A stretch of DNA of 64,000 nucleotides from an uncultured Acidobacteriota bacterium (GCA_963836075.1 CAWIIB010000001.1:800001-864000); one strand, 5' to 3'. Shown: positions 43,669 through 53,694, counted from the stretch's first letter. The notes: generated by a model not told the origin, from the letters alone. Numbers and translations: made by a program.

Positions 43669-44325
43669 CTAGCTGCGGACATCGGGATTGGAGAGAAAGA
43701 AGGCCAGGTTCTCCATTTGCACGGTGAGGTCCACCGTGTTCAACTTTACTGCGGGGGGCAACCGCAGGTTCAGCGGAGTGAAGTTGAGGATCGCCCTGAT
43801 CCCGGCCGCGGCCAGCCGGTCGGCCAGCACCTGGGCCGCCTCACCGGGCACGGCCAGAACGGCGATGCTGATCCCGTCGCGCTGCAGCACCTCCTCACAC
43901 CGGGCCACGTCGATGATCGGAATCCCCTTCCTGGTGCTGCTGTCGATTTTGCGCGGGTTGCTGTCAAAAAGCGCGGAGACGGTGAATCCACGGCTGTTGA
44001 ACCGCCCGTGGTCGGCCAGCGCCTGCCCCAGGTGCCCCGCACCGAAGATGGCTATCCGGTACTGCTGGTCGAGGCCCAGGATCCGGGTGATGTGATCGAC
44101 CAGGTCTTCCACGTAATAGCCGACACCGCGGACACCGAACTCCCCGAAGCAGGCCAGGTCTTTCCTGATCTGATCAGAATTCAGCTGGAACAGCCCGGCC
44201 AGCCGGTGGGAGGAGATCGTTTTGACCCCCTCGTCACGCAGTCGGGTGAAGCAGCGAAGGTAGAGGGAGAGACGGTTCACCGTATGGTCGGAGATGGTTT
44301 CAGTTTTGCGGGGGATTTTCGTCAT
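43669..44325 (-). CDS. rex: Redox-sensing transcriptional repressor Rex
   Basis: 'RLSLYLR', 'QIRKDLACFGEFG.RGVGY', 'GAGHLG.AL', 'ILNF'. Confidence 0.96.
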   Translation of the reverse strand: MTKIPRKTETISDHTVNRLSLYLRCFTRLRDEGVKTISSHRLAGLFQLNSDQIRKDLACFGEFGVRGVGYYVEDLVDHITRILGLDQQYRIAIFGAGHLGQALADHGRFNSRGFTVSALFDSNPRKIDSSTRKGIPIIDVARCEEVLQRDGISIAVLAVPGEAAQVLADRLAAAGIRAILNFTPLNLRLPPAVKLNTVDLTVQMENLAFFLSNPDVRS

Positions 44326-44340
44326 CTGGGGGCTGTCCGG

Positions 44341-44358
44341 TTGTTCTTTTTTTCACAA
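44341..44358 (-). promoter_or_regulatory. Putative Rex operator (autoregulation)
   Basis: Minus strand TTGTGAA-AAAA-AGAACAA versus consensus TTGTGAA-N4-TTCACAA; 15 nt upstream of the rex start. Confidence 0.5.
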
Positions 44359-44408
44359 GCAGTCTAGCACAGGTTACCGCTTCTGAAAACCGCAGCGCCG
44401 GCGTCTGT

Positions 44409-46202
44409 TCACCTGCTTCGAAAAACGGTGATGCCCCAGTCAGCGCCGCGCTGCCGGGGTGGGTCGGCATTCCAATCGTTGAAGGAGTGCGAGTCGTCGG
44501 ACACGTAGCGCAGCCGGTAGGAGCCGGATGGCAGATTTATTTCACCGCGCCACTCCCGGTTCTTCTTCGCCCCACCGGCGTGGCTGGAGATGTCGTAGTT
44601 CATGGTCCAGACCCGCTCGCCGTTGTCCGCCCGTTCGATCCACCCGTAGTCGTACATCTCGGACTGGGAACCTTCTCCCTGGCAGACCACCAGGACGGTT
44701 GCCGGACGGCTCAATTCAAAGGTGTCCTTCTCGCTGGCATTGTTCCCCGGGGCGGCGATCATCCCCAGCAGGCCGGAGGAACGTTCCGTGGTGTAGGCGA
44801 CATAGGAGCCCGGGGCCGCCTCTTCCCCGACCCAGTACAGCGTGATACCCGCGCGGTCGGCATCCCAGGGTGGAGTGGCATTCCAGCCGTCTCCGCCGGA
44901 GTGGCTGTCGTCGGTGACAAAGGTGACCACGTATTCACCGGGGGCCAGCGTCACCACTCCCTCGTTCATCCGGTTCTTGCGGCCACCGCCGGCCCAGACC
45001 GCCTGCTGCGCGTCCATCGTCCAGACCACCTCGCCGGTGCCGCAGTCCCTGACCCAGCCCCAGTCGTAGAGCGTGTCATCATCCCCTTCACCGATCCCGT
45101 AAAACAGCACCGGTCCGCCCCGTCTGAGCCGCACCATCCGGGTGGAGACGGTGTTGTTCCTCGGGCGCCAGATGGCGGCGATCACCCGGTCCGCGGGAAA
45201 GGCGGGGAGATCGCCGCGGTGGGCCGCCAAAGCCCCACCGCTATCACCGGGGACCAGCCGGACAGTAATTCCCCAGAAATCGGGATCGCGGGGCGGCGGC
45301 TGGTTCCAGCCGCCCCAGTGGTGCGATTCGTCGGTCACATACCAGACTTCGTAACGGCCGGGCTCGAGGGTCATCCGCACCCGGGCCAGGCGGTTCTTCC
45401 GTGCCCCCCCGGCGTGGGTCGTCCCGTCGAATTCCATCTTCCAGGGCCGCGAACGGTCGGCAGTGCGCACCAGCCAGCCGCGGTCGAACAGCTTGCCTTT
45501 GTTTCCTTCGCCCAGGGCATAAATCTCCACTTCGGCGGGTTCCAGGAGTTCGAAGGCTCTGGTGGCAAACGCCTCGCCACCCACCCGCCGAATGCTGGCC
45601 AGTGTCCCCGGCCCCGGTCGCTCTTCGGCAGCGAGGCGAACCGGGATGTCGCCGTGCCCGGCGCCGCCGGGTGTGGTGACCCGCACGCCCCACTGGGCCT
45701 GGTTTGACTGGCGCTCGAAATCCTTCCCCTCCAGCATCACACTGTCGCCGAACAGCCCCTTGATCAGCCCGGACAGGGCCTCGGAGTCCACCCCGCGAAG
45801 CGAGATCGACGGCCCTGCTTTCACCGTGGAGAAGTAGATCTCATACTGCCCGGCCTCCAGGTTCAGCGAGGTGTCGCAATTGAACCCGTATTTGCAGCTC
45901 TGGACACACTGCTCCCTGTCCAGGGCCCAGACGGTCTCCCTGGTGGCCGCGTCCAGCAGCCAGCAGTCGGTGTACGGATGGTCGTTGAGCCAAGCCCCCA
46001 CCACCTGCAGCCGCACCTCCCGGGGACTGCCCAACCGGAAGGCCCCGGAGGTCACCTCCCCGCGCTCCGACCCGTCCAGCCGTGCGAGGTAGTGCGGCGC
46101 GGCGGAAGCCGTCCGGACCGCCGGCAGCAGCATGGCCAGCGCGAACAGCGCGGCCAGAACGCCCGGCGCTCTCCTGATGGTGATGGTTTCCGGATCCAGC
46201 AT
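44409..46202 (-). CDS. Secreted protein with four tandem copies of a ~120-aa domain
   Basis: Signal peptide; repeated GEG..(Y/F)D.GW, AGG..KNR, L.PG.Y, (T/S)D.SH, WN..PP, GIT motifs. Confidence 0.8.
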   Translation of the reverse strand: MLDPETITIRRAPGVLAALFALAMLLPAVRTASAAPHYLARLDGSERGEVTSGAFRLGSPREVRLQVVGAWLNDHPYTDCWLLDAATRETVWALDREQCVQSCKYGFNCDTSLNLEAGQYEIYFSTVKAGPSISLRGVDSEALSGLIKGLFGDSVMLEGKDFERQSNQAQWGVRVTTPGGAGHGDIPVRLAAEERPGPGTLASIRRVGGEAFATRAFELLEPAEVEIYALGEGNKGKLFDRGWLVRTADRSRPWKMEFDGTTHAGGARKNRLARVRMTLEPGRYEVWYVTDESHHWGGWNQPPPRDPDFWGITVRLVPGDSGGALAAHRGDLPAFPADRVIAAIWRPRNNTVSTRMVRLRRGGPVLFYGIGEGDDDTLYDWGWVRDCGTGEVVWTMDAQQAVWAGGGRKNRMNEGVVTLAPGEYVVTFVTDDSHSGGDGWNATPPWDADRAGITLYWVGEEAAPGSYVAYTTERSSGLLGMIAAPGNNASEKDTFELSRPATVLVVCQGEGSQSEMYDYGWIERADNGERVWTMNYDISSHAGGAKKNREWRGEINLPSGSYRLRYVSDDSHSFNDWNADPPRQRGADWGITVFRSR

Positions 46203-46291
46203 TATATTTTCTCCTCGGAATCGGCAGTGCTCTCATACTCCGCCGTGCCAGTATCTGATACGAACCGGACGGCCAAACTGTTCCCCATGGG

Positions 46292-47674
46292 CTACAGATA
46301 GCCCAGGCTGGCCAGCCGCGCTTCCAGCTCGGGGTCCGCGGTGTGCGGAGCGGATGCCTCACCGGCCACGGTGGGTCGGGGCAGCATCCGCGACGGCAGC
46401 TTCCGCCGCAGCTCTTCCAGGCGCCGCGGGTTTTCCCGGCTGAGATCGGTCAGCTCCTGCGGGTCGTCCTCGAGGCAGTGCAACCGGGACGTCCCGTCCC
46501 CGGCCAGGACCAGCTTCCAGCCACCTCCGCGGACCATGGCCAGGGCCTGCCCCGGAACGGCTTCTCCGGGATAGCGCCGCCGCAACGCGGCGTTCACCGG
46601 CTCGGTGTACTGGGCCAGCGCCCATGGCCGCCCCGGAGGCACAGCGTCCCCCGGCAGCAGACCGCGGCGTTCCGGAAATCTGCGGAGGGCCTGGTGCGGC
46701 CCCTCCAGACGCTCCACGAGGGAGGGAAAGAGGTCCAGCGGCTGGAACTGGTCCCCCACCACCGCACCGCTTTCCAGTACTCCGGGCCAGTTGACCAGCA
46801 GGGGCACCCGTACCAGCGTGTCGGAGAGCGAGAATGCGTGGTCCATCATCCCCTGCTCCCCCAGGTGTTCCCCATGGTCGGAGGTGACCACGGAGAGCTG
46901 TCCGTGGGGGCGACCGGAACCGGCCACAAGCTCCAGCACCCGGCCCAGCGCCGCATCCATCCAGGAGAGGGCCCCGTCATACAGCGCACCCAGAATCTCG
47001 AAACCGCGGCGGTCCACCTGCATCCGGCCGCCGAAAAGGGCTGCGGCATCCTGGCTGACACCGCGGAGCTCTCCGTCCGTGGCGCCGATCCTCCGGAGAA
47101 AGGGCCGGGCGTACCGCTCCGGGGGAAAGTACGGCAGGTGCGTGTCCACGAAATGAAGGTAGAGAAAAAACGGCTCCGTTGACCTGAACGCCCGGCGGAG
47201 CAGCTGTTCCGCCGCCGCGGCCACCATTCCCGCCGAATCCTTCAGCGGGAGCACGCCCGCTGCACCGCCCGCCTGGGCTCCGGCCGGGACAACCTGCGGC
47301 GCGACTTCCTCCAGCCGGTGGAATCCCCGGTGCAGCCCGGTGTGCCGGCCGACGAATGCGCTGTTCGCCGATACGCCGAGGGTGCGGTATCCCATACGCT
47401 GCAGCCAGACCGGCAGCGTATCCAGGTCTTCGGAGAGCCGCGGCGCTCCGAAGTGGGCGCCGTGGTCCGCGGGATAGAGCCCGGTGAACAGCGACGCCAC
47501 ACTCTCCAGGGTCCAGCAGGAGGTGGCGATGGCCTGCTGGAAGCGCAGCCCCCCGGCGGCCAGGCGGTCCAGCGACGGCGTCACTGCACCGCCCCGGCCA
47601 TAGCAGCCGAGGCGGTCGGCACGTGCGGCGTCGAGCACCACCAACAGGATGTCGGGCCGCGGAGCGGTTCCCAT
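46292..47674 (-). CDS. Sulfatase-like alkaline-phosphatase-superfamily protein
   Basis: 'LVVLDAARADRL', 'CWTLESVASLFTG', 'DTHLPY', 'TSDHGE', 'RLASLGYL'. Confidence 0.88.
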   Translation of the reverse strand: MGTAPRPDILLVVLDAARADRLGCYGRGGAVTPSLDRLAAGGLRFQQAIATSCWTLESVASLFTGLYPADHGAHFGAPRLSEDLDTLPVWLQRMGYRTLGVSANSAFVGRHTGLHRGFHRLEEVAPQVVPAGAQAGGAAGVLPLKDSAGMVAAAAEQLLRRAFRSTEPFFLYLHFVDTHLPYFPPERYARPFLRRIGATDGELRGVSQDAAALFGGRMQVDRRGFEILGALYDGALSWMDAALGRVLELVAGSGRPHGQLSVVTSDHGEHLGEQGMMDHAFSLSDTLVRVPLLVNWPGVLESGAVVGDQFQPLDLFPSLVERLEGPHQALRRFPERRGLLPGDAVPPGRPWALAQYTEPVNAALRRRYPGEAVPGQALAMVRGGGWKLVLAGDGTSRLHCLEDDPQELTDLSRENPRRLEELRRKLPSRMLPRPTVAGEASAPHTADPELEARLASLGYL

Positions 47675-47813
47675 CAGCGTCCCCCCGATGGACTGAAGAT
47701 CAACGGTTCGGTGTGAACAGATACAGACGGATTCTAATTGGCGGGCGCAAACGAGGCAAGAAGAGCCGCAGCGGTGCCTCGGGGCACCGGGCGCAGTCCG
47801 GGAGTGTCGACAG

Positions 47814-48059
47814 TTAAACCAGGTCGGGGATCTCGTCCATGTCCGGATGCCACTGCGGGTTGCCCTGCTTGTTTCCGGGAGACATGGATTTCTGCTGGTT
47901 GGCCAGAATCTGCTGCTGCTGCTGAGCCTGCTGGAGGAGAACGGCTTCCATCTGGATGGAACGCTGATTCAGGGCTGAGATCTCCAACCGGTGTGTCACG
48001 TGGGCAATGGTGAAGTAGACCACCAGCAGGACGAGAATGAGTTTGTGGGTTTTTTTCAT
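47814..48059 (-). CDS. Small exported or membrane-anchored Gln-rich protein (81 aa)
   Basis: GGAG RBS; MKK plus hydrophobic helix; QQAQQQQQ. Confidence 0.6.
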   Translation of the reverse strand: MKKTHKLILVLLVVYFTIAHVTHRLEISALNQRSIQMEAVLLQQAQQQQQILANQQKSMSPGNKQGNPQWHPDMDEIPDLV

Positions 48060-48138
48060 CGATAGAGCTCCATGATCCTGATCCTCCGAAAGACAACCTG
48101 GAACGTACCGCATCGGAGGCCGGCAGCTATCTGTTAGA

Positions 48139-48154
48139 TGCAAGTTGCAGGCCA
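48139..48154 (-). promoter_or_regulatory. Sigma54 promoter upstream of the small protein
   Basis: Minus strand TGGCCTGCAACTTGCA (GG-N10-GC). Confidence 0.55.
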
Positions 48155-48397
48155 CCCCCGGTTGCACATCAGGACTGGCTGAAATTTCGATATCGACCTG
48201 TCCGCGGGCAAAAAACAGGAGAGGCCAGCAATCAAGTGGGTAACTTTTTTCCACTTTTCGTCTCTTTTAATCCCTGATCCGTTTTCCCGGCGGGCGGCCC
48301 GATGTTGCCCCTGCGGCCGGAAACCGGTACCATGCACACCATGGACCCGGGAACCGGGCGACGTCGGTTCCGCAACAGATGGAGGAAAAGACCAGAA

Positions 48398-49534
48398 ATG
48401 GAGCCAGTTCTCGATACACGGCGGATCTACAGACTGTCCCTGGCCGGCCTGCTGGCCGTGCTGCTCAGCTTTACCTGGCTGACTTCCCCCTCGGTGGCCG
48501 AGGAGGAGGCCGCACCACCACGGATGGTGTTTTCGTCGGTGACCCACGATGCCGGCCAGGTGGAGCGGGGGGCGATGATCTCCCACCAGTTCACCTTTCG
48601 CAACACCGGCGGTTCGGATCTGGTGATCCTGAGCACCAAGGCCGGGTGAGGGTGCACGGTGACCGGGGACTACGACCGGGTCACCCCTCCTGGTCAGGAG
48701 GGGCGCATAACCGTCACACTGAACACGCAAAAATTCAACAAGCCGATCTCGAAAACCGTCACCATCACCACCAACGACCCGGCGTCGAAACGGGTGGTGT
48801 TGACCATGAAGGCCGCCGTTCGTTCGCCCCTGGAGATCAGGCCTGACGACCGGGCCGATTTCCGTGTCTACCACGGGGAGGGGGGCAGCCGGTTGCTGGG
48901 TCTGATTCTCCGTCAGGACACTGAAGCCAGGGTGGTGAGTATCCAGTCGAACAGCGAACTGTTCACCGTGAATTGGGGCCCCTGGTCCCCCTCCGAAAAC
49001 CCGTCCCCGCAGGAGCGGGAGATCTTTGCCGGGGCGGCCGGCAACTCCGCCGTCCGGCTGGAGATCGGTCTCAGTCCGGATGCCACCGTGGGCTACCACA
49101 GCGGGCGGATCACCATTTATCTCGACGGAACGGAGCAGAAGCAGCTGGAGATCAAGGCCCTGGCCCGGGTGATGGGCCGCATACACTTCACGCCCCAGTG
49201 GATCTACTTCGGCTCGGTAACCGCCGGTGAACCGCAGCAGGCCGAGCGGCTGCTGGAGGTCCGCGCCCACGGCGGGCTCCCCTTTACGGTCGGCGGGGTG
49301 GAATACCAGGGACTCCCGCTCCAGTGGGAGATCAAGCCGCTGGAGGAGGGCGCCGGCACCGACATTCTCTTCCGCTGGGACGGTTCCGAACCGGCGGGCA
49401 TCCACAAGGGCCGGGTGGTTATCCTGACCGACAACCCGGCCCAGCCCCGCATCGAAGTGCCGTTCAGCATCAACGTACTGGCCGCGGAACCTGAAAAGGA
49501 AGAGCCGGTGGACAACCGGCTGAAGAGGCGCTGA
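48398..49534 (+). CDS. Exported DUF1573/Ig-like multidomain protein with in-frame TGA at 48647 (probable selenocysteine, UGC motif)
   Basis: Signal peptide, 'HQFTFRNTGGSDLVILSTKAG-TGA-GCT....PPGQEGRITVTL...KTVTITTNDP'. ORFs 48302..48649 and 48659..49534 share one frame. Confidence 0.82.
48648..48689 (+). promoter_or_regulatory. SECIS-like hairpin
   Basis: GGTGACC (48658-64) pairs with GGTCACC (48679-85) around a G-initiated loop; GAGG/CCTC lower stem overlaps the UGA. Confidence 0.6.
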
Positions 49535-49538
49535 GTTC

Positions 49539-51476
49539 TCAGTCAGCGTGGATGGTGAAACTGCCGGCGGCGCTGTACTGGTCGCCGCTGGCGGTGCCGT
49601 CCAGCACGACCAGTTCCAGACCCATGGGACACTCCAGCAGCTGCGCGGGCATCTGGGCTGGGATCCGGATCGGCAGGTTGATCCGCCGTTCGTCGCCCGG
49701 CTGGATGCTGCCCGACCCGCGGCGGAAGCCGTTGACCCGGCTGCCGTCACAGCGGATCAGGTCGAGGCTGGCCTGGAAGGACTGCCGGGTATCCGAGATG
49801 TTGGCGATGGCCAGCTGGGTCCAGAGCTGTTCACCGGTGCTCACTTCCGCCTGGACCAGCAGGCCCACCTGGAAGACCTGAATCGTGCCTTCCCGGACCA
49901 CCGTCCAGCTCACCCGCTCGGTGAGCCGGCCGTCCGGATCGGCCAGCAACCAGGAATCGTGGAGGGTGACCACCGCCTCCAGAAGATGCTCTCCCGGAGC
50001 GACGGAGTCGGTCTGGAGCTGGTACTGGGTGCCATGGCCGTCGGCCAGCGGTGTCCCGTCCAGAGACCACTGCACGTCCACCACATCTGCCGCCGTCCGC
50101 ACCAGGAAGGACTGCACGGCGGTCTCCAGGATCACCTGCTGAGACGAAGGCTCCCGGGAGTCCACCGGCCCGGCGTAGTCAAAGATCTCCAGGGCCATGA
50201 TCTCGCGGCAGACCGGGTCGAACCCGCTGTCCAGCGACCGCATCAGGCAACTGTCCGCCGGGCGGAACTTGCCGTGGGCGTAATACTCGCATCCCTCGTT
50301 GATCCCCACCCCTTCGATACCCAGCCAGTGGTGCCACTTGAGCTGCTGGGCCGCCATGTCGAACCAGCCCATGGAGGTGCAGTTGGGAGCGGACGGTTCG
50401 GGTCCACTGTACGTGTCGTAGGGGTTCTGGTACTCGTCGGTGAGACCGCCGAAGCTGTGGCCGAACTCGTGCAGCATCAGCTGGTGGGCGCTGGACGAAC
50501 CGCCGGCAAAGACGGCGTAGGCACCGGCGCCACCGCCGTAGCGCGACGTGTTGACCAGCAGGATGATCGTGTCGTATTCAGGAACGGCCGCGGCCGCCTC
50601 GAGCACCAGGGAGGTCTGAGCGTAGAGCAGCTGCGGAACGCCGGCGTAGTTGAACGAGGAATTGAAGGCCGTGTCCACATAGACCGGGGGCGACTGGTCC
50701 GGCTGGTCGGTCCCCGACTGGCTGGAGACCACCTCGAGCTTGTGAATGTTGACAAAGGACGCGAAGCGGTTGAACGGCTCACTGCCCAGCAGACCGTCCA
50801 CCAGGTTGTCCACGTGGTCGGCAAAGAGACCCATTTCAAATTCGGTGTAACCGTCGCCCAGCACCAGGATGTCCAGACGGTTGGCCGGGTCACCGGTCTG
50901 ATACACCATTTCCGCCTGGGTGCCGGCAGTGGTGCGGCGGGACTGCCGTGTCCGGTCTTCGCTGAGCCCGATCTCCCGGCCATCCAGGACGGTGAGCGGG
51001 CCCCAGGGGTCGCCCGCCCGGGAGATTTCGATCCGCTGGCCGGGCCCCACCACTGGAACAACGACCGAAAACCGCTGGTCGTCTTCCAGTGAAGCAGGGC
51101 CGCCGGCCAGGGATCCGTCAACCACCGTATCGGCGTGAACGAGGAAGGGGTCGGCCAGGGGCCGGCGCAGGATCGCGTGGCCGCTGGCCTTGTCGATCAC
51201 GGTGATTTCCAGCGAACCACTGTCCGCTGCTGCAGCCGGCCCCCGGCGGGAGGATACCCGCTGCACCGAAGTGAGCTCGATGCCGTGGGGGCCGCTGCGG
51301 AAGACCAGCCGCTGGGCGGACCGGTCATCCATGGAGACGTCGTCAGCCATACACGGGGAAAAACCGAATGTGGTGGAAATGATGACCATGAGAAGAGCGG
51401 TGAACAGAACCCGGGGATACCTGGCATCGGATTTGATTACCGGGCGATGTGCGCTGATTCTGTTTCCCTTGCTCAT
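49539..51476 (-). CDS. Secreted M64 (IgA-peptidase-like) metallopeptidase with Ig-like C-terminal domains
   Basis: 'LDILVLGDGYT', 'YGGGAG', 'HEFGHSFGGLTDEY', 'CLMRSL...FDPVC'. Confidence 0.88.
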   Translation of the reverse strand: MSKGNRISAHRPVIKSDARYPRVLFTALLMVIISTTFGFSPCMADDVSMDDRSAQRLVFRSGPHGIELTSVQRVSSRRGPAAAADSGSLEITVIDKASGHAILRRPLADPFLVHADTVVDGSLAGGPASLEDDQRFSVVVPVVGPGQRIEISRAGDPWGPLTVLDGREIGLSEDRTRQSRRTTAGTQAEMVYQTGDPANRLDILVLGDGYTEFEMGLFADHVDNLVDGLLGSEPFNRFASFVNIHKLEVVSSQSGTDQPDQSPPVYVDTAFNSSFNYAGVPQLLYAQTSLVLEAAAAVPEYDTIILLVNTSRYGGGAGAYAVFAGGSSSAHQLMLHEFGHSFGGLTDEYQNPYDTYSGPEPSAPNCTSMGWFDMAAQQLKWHHWLGIEGVGINEGCEYYAHGKFRPADSCLMRSLDSGFDPVCREIMALEIFDYAGPVDSREPSSQQVILETAVQSFLVRTAADVVDVQWSLDGTPLADGHGTQYQLQTDSVAPGEHLLEAVVTLHDSWLLADPDGRLTERVSWTVVREGTIQVFQVGLLVQAEVSTGEQLWTQLAIANISDTRQSFQASLDLIRCDGSRVNGFRRGSGSIQPGDERRINLPIRIPAQMPAQLLECPMGLELVVLDGTASGDQYSAAGSFTIHAD

Positions 51477-51520
51477 TTGCTTCTCCTCATGCCGTTTGAT
51501 CGCTGCTGGCCAAGAGATAT

Positions 51521-51536
51521 TTCAACATCCGTGCCA
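51521..51536 (-). promoter_or_regulatory. Sigma54-like promoter for the M64 peptidase, beside an AT-rich tract
   Basis: Minus strand TGGCACGGATGTTGAA (perfect -24, variant -12); AT-rich 51548-51615. Confidence 0.45.
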
Positions 51537-51801
51537 CCTACGGCACACAATAATCCATAATAAATATAGATTTTTATGTACTTTATTTAGAATAGTTTAT
51601 ATTGTAGTGAAAATTGACAGGCTGGTGCGAGGCAGGATTTTGGCTGTTTCAGAGCGCTGGGGATGACATCAATAAGCCCCGGAAAAGGGTAATTATTTAC
51701 CCATGCCACCGGTAATGGGAAAACTTTTACCTTCCTTGCTGGCCGGAGTCACCGGAACCCCGGGACTGGATCGAAAGCCGGGCCAATCCAGGGGATCCGG
51801 A

Positions 51802-52220
51802 TTACTTGTCGAAGAACCCGAATTTGGACCCGATCCGCATCTTGTCCTGCAAATCCTGGAAATCTTCGTACTTGATGACCAGGGCGCAGAGCGATTCCAT
51901 CTCCTCGGAGAGACGTGGTCCCGGTCTTGTGGATGGCGATGATCGGCTTTCCCAGGGCACAGGCATAGCCGGCTTCGAAAAATGCCTGCCGCGAGGGGTA
52001 GGAGAACTCACCGATATAGTATTCCGCTGAGTTGAGACCCTCCAGCCGGTGCTGCATCTTTTCCGCCGAGTGCTCACCGCCCAGTTTCCCCCAGCCGTCC
52101 ACATCCCGCTTGGGCACGAACAGTTCCGTATCAGCATCTTCGAGGTAGTCAACCAATCGTTTCCACTTCCTGGCGCCCCAACTTGGGACCCGTACCCAGA
52201 TAGACCCGTTTTTTGCTCAT
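51802..52220 (-). CDS. Nucleoside 2-deoxyribosyltransferase-like small protein; two apparent frameshifts (~52157, ~51917)
   Basis: Pieces join as MSKKRVYLG.../VDYLEDADTELFVP...EFSYPSRQAFFEAGYACALGKPIIAIH/RLSEEMESLCALVIKYEDF. Confidence 0.65.
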
Positions 52221-52285
52221 CATCCTCCCCCCCCTTTTGATCGATTCCAGCCACTCATCAGTATACGCGCGGCATCGCCGCATGT

Positions 52286-53447
52286 TCACGGCGCCCGGTC
52301 CTTGCCGGACTGCCCCACCATCCCGGCCATGTGTCGGTCCAGCCCCAGGGAACGGACTTTGCCCGCCATGCGCCGGTGCTGCTCGAAGCCCAGCCTGATC
52401 AACTCGTCGATCAGTCCGGTGAAATCGAGCCCCGAGGCTTCCCACAGCATGGGGTACATGCTGATCGGCGTGAATCCGGGGATGGTGTTCACCTCGTTGA
52501 GCACCAGCGCCCCGGTCTCCTCGGACGAAAAAGAAGTCCACCCGGGCCATCCCCCGCACTCCCAGCGCCTGGAAGGCCTCGCCCGCAAGCCGGCGGACCT
52601 CGTCCGCCACCGGCTGCGGAATTTCCGCAGGCACTACGGTCTGCGAGGACTGGTCCAGGTACTTGGCCCGGTAATCGTAGAATGTGCCGCCGGGGATCAC
52701 TTCACCGGCCACCGAGACCCGGGGCCGCAGGTTTCCCAGCACGGCACACTCGATTTCCCGCCCGGACACCGCCTCCTCCACCAGCAGCTTGTCGTCGTAA
52801 CGGAAGGCCTCGTCCACCGCCGCCGCCAGCTGCTCCTCCCGGTCCACCCTGCTGATGCCGACACTGGAACCGCCGCGGGCCGGCTTGACGAAGCAGGGGA
52901 GCCCGATGTCCCGCAGCAGTGCAGCTCCCGTGCCGTCAGGGTCGGCTTTCCAGTGGTGCTCTTCCACGGCGCGCCAGGGGACCACCGGCAGCCCGCTGGA
53001 GGCGAGGACAATCTTGGTCCGGTCCTTGTCGAAGCAGAGTGCCGAGGCGTCCAGCGGTGGACCGGCGTATGGGAGCCCGGCCATTTCCAGCACCCCCTGC
53101 AGCGTCCCGTCCTCTCCCGGAGAACCGTGGATCATCGGCAGGACAAAATCGACGGCGATCCGTTCCGCCGACTCCCCGGCGCCGGCCTCCGCCAGCAGCC
53201 CGCCCGCGGCAGCATCGGCCGGCAGTGAGCATCGGCGCACACCGGGAGCCTCCCCGTCGCCCCGCGACATCATCTCCAGGGTTCCCGGACCGCAAAACCA
53301 GGCGCCGTCCCGGGAGATGCCGACCTCCAGCACCCGGTACCGCCCGCGGTTGATCTGTTCCAGCACGCCGCGGGCCGACACCAGGGAAACTTCATGCTCG
53401 GTTGATGGGCCGCCAAAAAGAATGGCCACGGTCGGTGTATCGCGCAT
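52286..53447 (-). CDS. ddl: D-alanine--D-alanine ligase; apparent frameshift at ~52530
   Basis: '[14 protein letters not shown]', 'HGSPGEDG', '[11 protein letters not shown]', 'FYDYRAKY', 'ARVDFF' / '[15 protein letters not shown]'. Confidence 0.93.
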
Positions 53448-53694
53448 GGTTCGGCTCCCGCTCGAGGGAAAACAGACACTGCCGGAGGACTTCTGTTCTT
53501 TGTGTGATTCTACCAGACATGGAATCCCTCCGATACCACAGAAAAGGGGTAAGACCGGGGAGCCCAGTTGCCGACTATTCAATAGAGGCCGCTGGGGTCC
53601 GGAAAGCGGTGGCGGAATACCGCCTTTTCCGGTGTGCCGTGACATTTTCACCCGGCACCCGCCCGGTCTGCTTCAGTACGAAACGGAGTCGTGC

